NCBI RefSeq assembly: GCF_018977255.1
Contig: NW_024704752.1
Location: forward strand, 13,020,001-13,084,000
Length of the DNA: 64,000 bases
Direction of reading: 5' to 3'
DNA from: Callorhinchus milii
Lineage: Eukaryota
Part shown: positions 1 to 9,955 of the stretch, piece after piece
Layout: every line of letters starts with the position of its first letter
Numbering within the stretch: position 1 is the stretch's first letter
Translations under genes and position numbers: made by a program
The notes under the pieces: generated by a model
Told to the model about the DNA's origin: nothing
What the model saw: only the letters and a program-made list of their open reading frames with translations
Database searches by the model: none

Positions 1-356
1 TTATACACTGGATGGTGTACATTGATTGCACAGCAAGACAATGATCTCCTCAGCCTCCCTTAGTCATCAATCCTGCCAAAAAATATAACCCCAAACTCAT
101 TTTCATGTGACCATCATACGAAATAGGAAGTCTACACGAACTATGATTCACCAGTCAGATTCAGACCCTCTTCCCCCGTTTCTGCTTCTCAGAAATAGTT
201 CCATTTACGTGTGTTACTTCGCAATGCTCGCCCAGAGAAAATCAAGCCGACTATTCCAACAATATGAAACATTCTTAACAGGCAAAATCCCTGCTCCCCC
301 ATCCCAATGATGCCAGGCATGCAACTCACAGGCTTTATTGCTTATTTACTTTTCAG

Positions 357-434
357 GTGCTTCTGGCTGGTCTTTATATTAAAGCAGCTGCCCATAAAGG
401 TCACTTCGGTTTGTGCATCCAATCAAGGATGAAG
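357..434 (+). CDS. TM4SF (L6 tetraspan) family gene, internal coding exon; 5' part lies outside the window
   Basis: ttttcag|GTG...AAG|gtaagc, 78 nt, phase 0/0. VLLAGLYIKAAAHKGHFGLCIQSRMK joins the next exon in frame. Confidence 0.7.
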
Positions 435-718
435 GTAAGCCTCCAAACAGTCTAACCCTTCCTGAACCGTCCAGAAAAGACATTAGAGTTGGAAGTGTTC
501 CTCAGGCAACCAAAGTGGGATCTGCTACATATTACAATTCTGTTCTAGAATGTACCACATGTGGTGCAATTTATAATCCAGGAGTTTGAGTGATTTAGAG
601 GCAAATAGAATGTCACGTCTTGTGTAAATTGAAACGGGGGAATAAAATTTAAGTCGACCCGAATTCTGTGGACTAAAGGTATGTTTGAAAAACTGAGTAA
701 TACTATTTCTATCCATAG

Positions 719-897
719 ATGCTCGTGTCCATTCTTTATTCCTTCGTGGCTGGAGCTTGCTCCTTTGCTTGTCTTTGTATATCTGGTCTTGGACTCGCAA
801 ACGGACCCCTTTGTCTATTCAATGAAACTTTGCCTAATGGAACGCAAGTAAGAGTGTGGGAATACCCCTTTCACACCGAAAGCACATTAATCATTAG
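719..897 (+). CDS. TM4SF (L6) family gene, exon for TM3 and the large extracellular loop
   Basis: ccatag|ATG...AG|gtaagg. MLVSILYSFVAGACSFACLCISGLGLANGPLCLF...WEYPF carries the L6 signature GLxxGPLC...WxYPF. Paralogue not resolved. Confidence 0.85.
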
Positions 898-999
898 GTA
901 AGGTGTGTGAATGTGCAGCTTGTTTTGTTATCAATTGCAAATTATCATACCTTTTAATTTGTTTTTATTTTAAAAAACACATATTTTAAAAGAATTCCC

Positions 1000-1222
1000 T
1001 CAAATCCTTCGCTCCAGCCGCTACACCCTGAAGCTATAGAACTCCCTCCCTCAATCCCTTCGCCTTGCTCCCTCTTTCCCCATTTTCAGGTTGCGCCTGA
1101 AGACCTTCCTCCTCGACTGTGCCTATTGTCACCTTTCCCCTACCCCTGGCTCGGCATCGAGCTCCACCACTGTTAAGCGCTCCCGGGACAGAGCCTGGCT
1201 TGGAGGGCGCTGTACAATAACA
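1000..1222 (+). mobile_element. L2-clade LINE 3' end fragment, followed by a minus-strand SINE tail (about 1225-1310)
   Basis: ctccctcaatcccttcgccttgct...ctgaagaccttcctcctcgac (LKTFL-type C-terminus) and aagcgctcccgggac...gggcgctgtacaat tail; similar to the 55690 copy. Confidence 0.65.
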
Positions 1223-1409
1223 GCATTTGACATAGCGCCTTATCGTGTCTTCAAGACGTCTCAAAGCGCTTCACAGAATATACCGTAAGGTGAATTGACT
1301 GTATATTTTTGTATAAATTCAAGTTGTTGTTGTACAGTCTGCTCTAGTATTTTACACCTACCCACCGTGATTCAAATTATTTAAGTATTTCATTTCTTTT
1401 TGTGTGCAG

Positions 1410-1587
1410 TACTGAAAACTACCTGTACCATCACTCACTCTGGAGAGTCTGTGAACACCCGAGGGACATTGTGCTGTGGAACGTGGTTCTCTTTTCCATT
1501 CTCATGGGGACAAGTGCGATTGAAACTATTCTGTGTTCCCTGCAAATGATGAACGGACTGTTGGGCTGTATGTTTGGAGCATGTTAG
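1410..1587 (+). CDS. TM4SF (L6) family gene, last coding exon
   Basis: tgtgcag|T completes the phase-2 codon. TENYLYHHSLWRVCEHPRDIVLWNVVLFSIL...QMMNGLLGCMFGAC* is a typical L6 C-terminus. AATAAA at 1725-1730. Confidence 0.88.
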
Positions 1588-2679
1588 CAGGAACTAAATG
1601 ATGTGAAATTTCTAACTCACAACAAATGTCAAAACCCAACCTACATGTTATGGCACACGGTTCGTTCCCTCCGGATTATGTTATTGCTTTAACTGCACTT
1701 TTTTTTAAAAAAAATCTGAAGCCAAATAAATAATAGTTGGACTTTTAACATCCGATGGTTTGTTCGTCTGTTTGTTGACTTATTGATGGAAGAAATAACT
1801 TTATTCACGCACACAGTAATTGGAAGGTGGAAACCCAGAGTGATCAAAAAAAGTGGCAGTAGAAATCATGTGATGGCCCAGGTTAATGTTGACCTCGTTA
1901 TAGCCCTCGATAGTAGGACTAGTCTGAGCTCTCTAAAATAAAGTTAACAGTAGAACGTCCAACCGTGTTCATAGCTCACAGCTACAGAAGTTCGATTCCT
2001 ACCAATTTAGACGCTTTATTCCTGTTGCGGATTTTCTTCCAAGGATGGACTGTGTGCGTCGAAACCTGGAGTGCAATCAAACCAGAAGAAAGGGATAACT
2101 CCAGAGAGCTCATGTTGAAGCAGAAGTCAATCACTGTGAGCTTCATGTGATGATGTGAGGACGTCTGGAAGATGTGAAAAGCGCTATATCAAATGCAAGG
2201 ATTATTATTATTTTATTATTATTATGAGGATGATAGACGCCCTTTAATGCTGATGCCCATCAGCTGTCTGCAGCCTCACTTCAACGTTTGGCTGAGTTTC
2301 ACTTGATTCACTTCAGAAATCACACCGTTAAATTAATTGCAATCCACTTACAACGTTTGGGGTTCATTTTTTTTATGTAAAAAAAATTGCAATTTCGAAT
2401 TCGCAAAAACCCACTTCTGTTTGTACAGCACAGAACAGACCCACAGTCAATAATTATCCCGAACGGTGCAAAAGCGGCAGAAAGTTTCTTAATTCGAGGG
2501 AGGGGAGGGAGGGGGAGGGAGAGGGGGGGAAAAAAATGCTCAATGCGTTGGATTTGACTGTTTTCCCCTCGTTAACAATAACGCTGTTCTGCTGATGCGC
2601 GACGTGCAAACAATTGCGCCGCTGCTGCTTCAGTGAGATTTCCGGGTCACTGCGGTGATGGACAGAATGTGACAGATAG

Positions 2680-2711
<32 letters not shown>

Positions 2712-3163
2712 AGTGAAAGAAAAAGAGAGAAAAAAGCGCGAGGTGTTGACCCATCTCAGGTGGACGCTCAGCAAACCCCCACCCCAACGAATGCAATTCT
2801 GCACGAGGCGAGTGTTTTAAGTTGTGATTGCAAAATAATTTATAAAAATAATTGGTGGATTTAATTACGCCAATAACATGTGGCTCGTGAGTGTGAGAGA
2901 GTGAGTGAGTGAGAGAGTGAGTGTGTGAGAGTGAGTGTGTGAGAGTGAGTGAGTGAGAGTGTGAGAGTGAGTGAGTGTGAGAGTGAGTGTGAGAGTGAGT
3001 GAGTGAGTGTGAGAGTGAGTATATATATATATATAATCTCGAGCTGATTCCCTCTGCAATTGATAGGTACCCACGACTCGCTATTGCTTTTATTCCCTCT
3101 CTCTCTCTCTCCTCTTCTCTCCTCTCTCTCTCTCTCTCCTCTCCTCTCTCTCTCTCCCCAGGG

Positions 3164-3364
3164 ATGTGCTCTCGGTACCTACCGGCTAAGACCGTCCTGT
3201 TCGAGCAGGACAGGCGCGGGGTCACTTACCGGATCCCCGCTCTGCTGTACTTACCGACCACCGGGACGCTGTTGGCTTTTGCGGAGGAGAGGTTCACTCC
3301 CAACGACGCGGACGCGAACCTGTTGGTGCTGCGCAGAGGACATCTCTCCGGATCCTATGTCGAG
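3164..3364 (+). CDS. NEU4: Sialidase-4 (neuraminidase 4), coding exon 1; CDS join(3164..3364,5350..6459), 436 aa
   Basis: Acceptor (ct)n-ccag at 3160-3161, ATG 3164, donor GAG|gtgagg. MCSRYLPAKTVLFEQDRRGVTYRIPALLYLP...LLAFAEER...LVLRRG contains the sialidase YRIP motif. Confidence 0.93.
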
Positions 3365-3807
3365 GTGAGGCTGAACCCCAATTGCACACACCGTCCATAT
3401 TCATCATAATTAATAATAATAATAATAATAATAATCACAATCCCGTTCAGAAAAAACCGTCTCTTTCTGTCTCTCTTTTAGAAATTTCTTTTTATTTTTA
3501 ATTTTTAATTAAAAAAAAAGAGAAACACACCCACACACACACACAAGGTTTTTTTTTTATTGGGGGGAAAGCAACATTTACCATTCATTTGGCTGTTGTC
3601 TCCGCAATAACGCTTTAATTTTAATAATTTAATTTTAATTATTAAAACTATCAATTGTTATTAATATTATTATAATAATATTTTTAATATAATAATAACA
3701 ATAATATAATATAAATAATAATAATAATGAATAGTTTGACATGAACGGGTATTTAGGTAATTTCAGGAAGAGTGGAACTTTTAAGCTGAGTTCCAACCAT
3801 TGCATCT

Positions 3808-4719
3808 TAGAGAGAGAGAGACCGATGAGAGAGTGAGTGAGTGAGAGAGAGAGAGTGAGTGAGTGAGACCAATGAGAGAGAGAGTGAAGAGTGAGTGAGT
3901 GAGTGAGAGAGAGAGTGAGAGTGAGAGAGAGACCAATGAGAGAGAGAGTGAGAGTGAGTGAGTGAGAGAGAGTGAGTGAGAGTGAGACTGAGAGAGAGAG
4001 TGAGTGAGTGAGAGAGACCAATGAGAGAGAGTGAGAGTGAGTGAGTGAGTGAGAGTAAGAGAGAGACCAATGAGAGAGAGAGTGAGAGTGAGTGAATGAG
4101 TGAGTGAGAGAGACCAATGAGAGAGAGAGTGAGAATGAGTGAGTGAGAGAGAGAGTGAGTGAGAGTGAGTGAGTGAGAGAGAGAGACCAATGAGAGAGTG
4201 AGTGAGAGAGAGAGTGAGAGAGTGAGAGAGAGACCAGTGAGAGTGAGAGAGTGAGTGAGAGTGAGTGTGAGAGTGAGTGAGTGAGTGAGAGAGACCAATG
4301 AGAGAGAGTGAGAGTGAGTGAGTGAGTGAGTGAGAGAGTGAGTGAGACCAATGAGAGAGAGAGTGAGTGAGTGAGTGAGAGTGAGTGTGAGTGAGACCAA
4401 TGAGAGAGTGAGTGAGTGTGAGTGAGTGAGTGAGAGAGAGTGAGTGAGTGAGAGACCAATGAGAGTGAGAGTGAGTGAGAGAGTGAGTGAGTGAGAGAGA
4501 CCAATGAGAGAGAGAGTGAGTGAGAGTGAGTGAGTGAGTGAGAGACCAATGAGAGAGAGAGTGAGTGAGTGAGAGAGACCAATGAGAGTGAGTGAGAGTG
4601 AGAGAGAGTGAGTGAGTGAGTGAGAGAGAGAGACCAATGAGAGAGAGAGTGAGTGAGTGAGAGTGAGTGTGAGTGAGACCAATGAGAGAGTGAGAGTGAG
4701 TGAGAGGGAGTGAGTGAGT
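3808..4719. repeat. Compound satellite: GACCAAT core separated by variable (GA)n/(GAGT)n tracts, NEU4 intron
   Basis: About 15 copies of gagaccaatgagag in GA/GAGT microsatellite; runs into the gap at 4720. Confidence 0.9.
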
Positions 4720-5326
4720 NNNNNNNNNNNNNNNNNNNNNNNNNNNNNNNNNNNNNNNNNNNNNNNNNNNNNNNNNNNNNNNNNNNNNNNNNNNNNNNNN
4801 NNNNNNNNNNNNNNNNNNNNNNNNNNNNNNNNNNNNNNNNNNNNNNNNNNNNNNNNNNNNNNNNNNNNNNNNNNNNNNNNNNNNNNNNNNNNNNNNNNNN
4901 NNNNNNNNNNNNNNNNNNNNNNNNNNNNNNNNNNNNNNNNNNNNNNNNNNNNNNNNNNNNNNNNNNNNNNNNNNNNNNNNNNNNNNNNNNNNNNNNNNNN
5001 NNNNNNNNNNNNNNNNNNNNNNNNNNNNNNNNNNNNNNNNNNNNNNNNNNNNNNNNNNNNNNNNNNNNNNNNNNNNNNNNNNNNNNNNNNNNNNNNNNNN
5101 NNNNNNNNNNNNNNNNNNNNNNNNNNNNNNNNNNNNNNNNNNNNNNNNNNNNNNNNNNNNNNNNNNNNNNNNNNNNNNNNNNNNNNNNNNNNNNNNNNNN
5201 NNNNNNNNNNNNNNNNNNNNNNNNNNNNNNNNNNNNNNNNNNNNNNNNNNNNNNNNNNNNNNNNNNNNNNNNNNNNNNNNNNNNNNNNNNNNNNNNNNNN
5301 NNNNNNNNNNNNNNNNNNNNNNNNNN
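4720..5326. other. Assembly gap (others: 28605-28792, 35439-35710, 35937-36226)
   Basis: Runs of N, mostly flanked by simple repeats. Confidence 1.
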
Positions 5327-5349
5327 GCAGTTTGGTGTTTGCCCGCCAG

Positions 5350-6459
5350 TGGGGGGACATGAGAGCCGTACAGTCCGCGCACCTGACAGGCCACCGGTCC
5401 ATGAACCCGTGTCCGGTGCACGACCGCCACACGGACACCCTCTTCCTCTTCTTCATCGCCGTGGAGGGGCGCGTGTCCGAGTCCCATCAGCTCACCACCG
5501 GCCGCAACGCGGCGCGGCTCTGCTGCGTGAGGAGCGCCGACCGGGGCCGGAGTTGGGGCGCTCCGACCGACCTGACCGACCCGACCATCGGGCGCCGCCT
5601 CGGGCAGTGGGCGACGTTCGCCTTGGGCCCGGGCCACGGGGTCCAGCTCCGGGGCGGGCGGCTGGTGGTGGGGGCCTACGCCTACCGGATCGACCGGAGC
5701 GAGGGCCTCGGGGGGGTTGGCCGGAGCCGCCCGCACTCCTTCGGCTTCTACAGCGACGACCACGGGCGGACGTGGCGGGTCGGGGAGGCGGTGCCCAACC
5801 TGCGGACCGGGGAGTGTCAGATGGTGTCGGTGGAGGAGGCGAACGGCAGCCGCGTCCTGTACTGCAACGCCCGGTCCCCGCTGGGCTGCCGAGTCCAGGC
5901 CCTCAGCCCCGACGGCGGCGCCGCCTTCCTGTCCGGTCGCCTGGTCCGGAGGTTAGCGGAACCCGCCCGCGGCTGCCACGGCAGTGTGGTGGGCTTCCCC
6001 GCCCCCACCGGCTCCCGGGGCGCCCCCTCCCCCACACCCCCGCACCCGCACCCGCCCCCGCAACCGCACCCGCCCCCGCAACCGCCCCCGCCCCCGACCT
6101 GGGTCGCCTTCTCTCACCCCACCAGCCCCGCCTCCCGGGCCGACTTGGGGGTCTACCTGAGCACTTGTCCCCGGGACCCCGACAGCTGGACGGAGCCGTG
6201 GGTTATTAGCGAAGGTCCCAGCGCGTACTCGGACCTGGCGTACCTGGAGGCGCCCTCCGGCGAGGCGGGGGCTCCCGCCGCGGCCATCGGCTGTCTGTAC
6301 GAGTGCGGGGACCGGGCGGCCCACGAGCGGATCGCCTTCAGCCTCTTCACGGTGCGGGAACTCCTTCGCAACGTTTCCGACGCGGCTCAGCGGTCGCCAT
6401 CGCCGCCTTCTCCGAGTCGGTCCGCGAAGGGGGAGCGCAGCTGCTGCGGAGTCGCGTGA
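5350..6459 (+). CDS. NEU4: Sialidase-4, large coding exon 2
   Basis: cgccag|TGG, phase 0. HRSMNPCPVHD, TGRNAARLCCV, Asp boxes SADRGRSW/SDDHGRTW/SPDGGAAF, WATFALGPGHGVQL, GECQ, LYCNARSPLG, NEU4-type Pro-rich loop, SWTEPWVISEGPSAYSDL, LYECG. TGA 6457-6459. AATAAA at 7429 and 7453. Confidence 0.95.
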   Translation, partial: WGDMRAVQSAHLTGHRSMNPCPVHDRHTDTLFLFFIAVEGRVSESHQLTTGRNAARLCCVRSADRGRSWGAPTDLTDPTIGRRLGQWATFALGPGHGVQLRGGRLVVGAYAYRIDRSEGLGGVGRSRPHSFGFYSDDHGRTWRVGEAVPNLRTGECQMVSVEEANGSRVLYCNARSPLGCRVQALSPDGGAAFLSGRLVRRLAEPARGCHGSVVGFPAPTGSRGAPSPTPPHPHPPPQPHPPPQPPPPPTWVAFSHPTSPASRADLGVYLSTCPRDPDSWTEPWVISEGPSAYSDLAYLEAPSGEAGAPAAAIGCLYECGDRAAHERIAFSLFTVRELLRNVSDAAQRSPSPPSPSRSAKGERSCCGVA

Positions 6460-6624
6460 CCACTTGACCCCCCGCCGATGGCAACGCCGGACCGCGACCA
6501 CCGGCGGACGCTTTTTTTTTTTGGCCGTGAACTTCGCGCAAGTCGTGTCGGTCGTTTTGATTACGACTTGTGCGAAGTTTGCGAGTCGCCGTCAAAGGTG
6601 CGTTTAAGGGGTTTAAATTAAGCA

Positions 6625-6627
<3 letters not shown>

Positions 6628-6666
<39 letters not shown>

Positions 6667-6855
6667 CCTCGCATTTGATATAGCGCTTTTCACGTCGTGG
6701 AGGACGTCCCGAAGCGCTTCACAGAACACACTGTGAAGTGAATTGACTGTGTATTTGTGGGCGAACGCGGCGGCCAATGGCGCACAGCGATGTCCCGCAA
6801 ACAGTCGTAGATTGAAAATGACCAATTTATTATTGTTTGGGGTTTTGGAACGGGA
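6628..6855 (-). mobile_element. SINE (Deu-domain body, L2-like tail, (TAT)n end), 5'-truncated
   Basis: Reverse complement has gctgtgcgccattggccgccgcgttcgcccacaaat...gtgaagcgcttcgggacg...aaaagcgctatatcaaatgcgaggattattatt. Confidence 0.9.
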
Positions 6856-7084
6856 CTCGGGCCCCGGTGTGTTGCTGCGGTGCGATGAGGATTACGCACC
6901 GACCGTGCGGCAGATTGGCCGCTCTCACTCGCTCAGCTCGTGTCCCGCACAATAACTGCTGTTCGAAAAGCTATTTATTAATGACGGAGGATGTTTTGTG
7001 CAGAATAGAGCTGGTGATACCGACTGGATAGTGTCGGGAGAGCCATGTTGGTGCGGTCCAAACCCTTAAGTTTGCATAAACCAT

Positions 7085-7283
7085 ATAATCCCTCCAAAAA
7101 CAATAATTAAATTGGTCATTTTCAATCCACGACTGTTTGTGGGACATTGCTGTGCGCAATTGGCGGCCGCGTTCGCCCACAAATATACAGTCACTTCACT
7201 TTACAGTGTGTTCTGTGAAGCGCTTTGGGACGTCCTCCCGACGTGAAAAGCGCTATATCAAATGCAAGGATTATTATTATTAT
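7085..7283 (+). mobile_element. Same SINE family, 5'-truncated, inverted relative to the 6628 copy
   Basis: aattggtcattttcaatccacgactgtttgtgggacattgctgtgcgcaattgg...gcgctatatcaaatgcaaggattattatt. Confidence 0.9.
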
Positions 7284-9269
7284 AATTCACTCTTGTGGAT
7301 GGAGCAGCGCTGTGCTATATATATATATTTTTTGCCTCGATGGATGCTGAGTAGGATGTATATCCTGATCGCTTAAACTGGGAATACAAACTCTCAAAGG
7401 AGTGGCTGTGTGCGAATCTAGAGTTAGCAATAAAAATGTGTTAAATGCGGCCAATAAAAATAATAGTTTTCAGTGATTCCGAGGAAAAGGCCCAATAAGA
7501 CCCACCGATGATCATTTCACTTGCCCCCATGGCATCCAAAATTAGCGAATATGTGTTTATTTTCTCCTGGCAGGTCTTCTTCCAAATATTTATCAGAGTT
7601 TTAAAACCAAACTTGCCATTTTCAAAGCTGTTCACCAGTTAAAATTGAGGTTTTCATATTAATGGGTCAGTAATGCAGCTGTTTTGGTCAACTGGATTTC
7701 TGATGCACGGAAATACATCACCATACTGACTTCTCCAAACCAAATTACTGAGACTTCCATCTGTTCTTTCCTCACCCCTCCACCACATCACTTTTTTTCT
7801 GGATGAGGTCAAACTTTTCTAATCCTAATTGCGATTCTTTCTATTCTGGGATACAGTTCTAGGGATGGCCCAGTGGCCATAATTCATGTGGTAGACCTGA
7901 CCATGAGAGTTGGAAGGCTATTTTTGAGCCCAATCTTTACTCTCGTCTGACCTGATACTTGACTGTCCTTCCATCGGGGTTAGGTGGATAGCGACTAAGA
8001 GAAGAAACCTTTTTTTTTTCTGTTCCTGGGGCTTCCAGTGCCAGGAAATGTGAACTAACTTAACACAGATCAAGTTTTGCCTACACATTCTGATAAATTC
8101 ACTTTGTTATTCAGCAAAACAGCTGCATCTTTTACAGTTAAACACAATGGATGTTTGTATTGCCCTTCCCATGTTCTCCAAGCTTTTTTTTGTTATTCGT
8201 AAGTTGTTTGATCGCTAGTACTTAATTCCTATCTTGGGCTGACTAGTTTTTAATGGCAAAAGATTCAGCATGTTTGCATTTTTAATTGCTTGTTTGATTT
8301 ATGCAAGTCAAATTTCCTGATTGTGAAGATGTAGTTTGGGAAATTAATGAGTTTGAAGAATTGATTGGTAAAGCCAAAAATATTCAATGTGTCTGCGACA
8401 GTAATCTGAGTACACTTCAGTGACTCATCACATGCAGTTTCTCAATGCAAACCAGTTGATGCACAGCTGGTTGTGAAATTTAAGCTAATTATTACCCATT
8501 TGTCCAGTTCTAGTGATTTTTTTCGTGCGTCTGGCGAGGAGCATGAAATCAGTGTAATGCAACAAATGTTTGCTTTTCTTTCCCTTTACATACATTGGTT
8601 TAAGATTAAATGTTGCTCAGAACCAGCTTCTCCAGGTTGACGTCCACACTAATTAGACAGAGGTCCAAATTAGTGCGAGTACTTTAGGTTAATCAATGAA
8701 TTTGGGTCATTGTAACTGAATATAAGCATAAGTGCTCCAATGAGGCATTCTGTAAAAGCTGTTCAGGTGTATTTCACACAAAGGTACGCTGGGACATTTT
8801 AGAGCTTTTCTTCTTCAAGTTTACATTTATTGACCTTGGTGTTTGCTTTTAATGGGAATCACTGATGGTGTTTTTCACAATGTCACAATGAAGTTTTTTT
8901 AAAAAAATTCAATAATTTGACACCTGTAAATGCTTGGAAATGGAGTATTTGTTGGGTGACTTTGAAAAGTGGTACTAGTGACAGCATGTTTGGATGTGAT
9001 GACTGGTTGTTGGGATAAGTCTTTCTTTCAGTCTTTCTCAACCTGCTCTGTAACGATTCCTGAAAGAAGGGTTACAAATTGATTGTCCTCGTTTCCATAT
9101 GTGTCAAGACACCCGGCTGATCAAAAAAATGTAGTCGGGAAAGACTTGACCTTTTTTGTGTAACCTTTGTGAATGGCTTTGGTTAGATGGTGTCTAATTG
9201 GCTTTGCCAACACTCCCTACAGTATTTAGCTGTTCTAGGGTGAATGGGATGCTTCCCTGTACTATAACT

Positions 9270-9418
9270 CAAGAGTTCCCAAACTTATCAGGATATAATC
9301 ATTTGCTTGGCTGATGGACTTGCCAGTCAGGCAATGGGGTAGCTTTTGCATTTCTTGCTGCCCCCAATGTGTCTCCTGGTCCCCCAGTGGTCTGTGGACC
9401 CTAATTTGGGAAGCAGTG
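9270..9418. mobile_element. hAT (Charlie/MER5-like) non-autonomous MITE
   Basis: Degenerate TIRs caagagttcccaaac ... atttgggaagcagtg. 8-bp flanks ctataact / ctctaacc match 6/8 and resemble the NTCTAGAN target. Confidence 0.55.
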
Positions 9419-9949
9419 CTCTAACCTGCTTGATCAGTCCTGCTGCTGAGGGATTATTCCAGGTAACAAAGAAAGCAAGCATTCCTTGCCACAAGTTGAC
9501 TAAATTGCTTGGGATTTTTTTTTAATGCTCACACTAAGTATAATTAGTTATACAACGTGCTGCTCTGAAATTCCCCCCACTTCCCCCACAACCTGTGAGC
9601 TGCCTGTTAGTCACTGAGCTGTCTGGCTATGTCATAGGAAGCAACCATCTTGCAGGGACGACCGCCTGTCTGAGAGTTTGATAATCTCAGCCAGGGAGCT
9701 TCAGTACCCCGGAATTAGTAAAGTTTCCACGTGTGTTTATGTGCAGAAATGAGGGGGAATCTACCTGCCTTCTGATCATTATTGCACCATCCACCTCACT
9801 TGAGGGGAGGGTAAAGTTGGAGGAATAAAATGTATTTAATTTTACCATTCAATCTTAATGTAATGTGGAAGAGTGTACTACTGCCACCAGACCAGCCTGG
9901 AGATGCTTTCTCAAAATAAAGTGAGAGATTCCCAGTGGCCCATTCTCAG

Positions 9950-9955
9950 TTTATT
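9950..9955 (-). terminator. Probable distal STK25 poly(A) signal (AATAAA on minus)
   Basis: tttatt on plus, at the end of about 3.3 kb of UTR-like sequence below the STK25 stop. Confidence 0.5.

Noticed and set aside
2647-5763. Long S/L/H/T-rich ORFs on minus (192-660 aa)
   Set aside because: Translations of GA/GAGT microsatellite, N gaps and the antisense of the GC-rich NEU4 exon.
3164-6459. Calling the sialidase NEU2 or NEU3
   Set aside because: YCNARSPLG, SWTEPWVI, the Pro-rich loop, the CC tail and linkage to the STK25-BOK-THAP4 block all point to NEU4.
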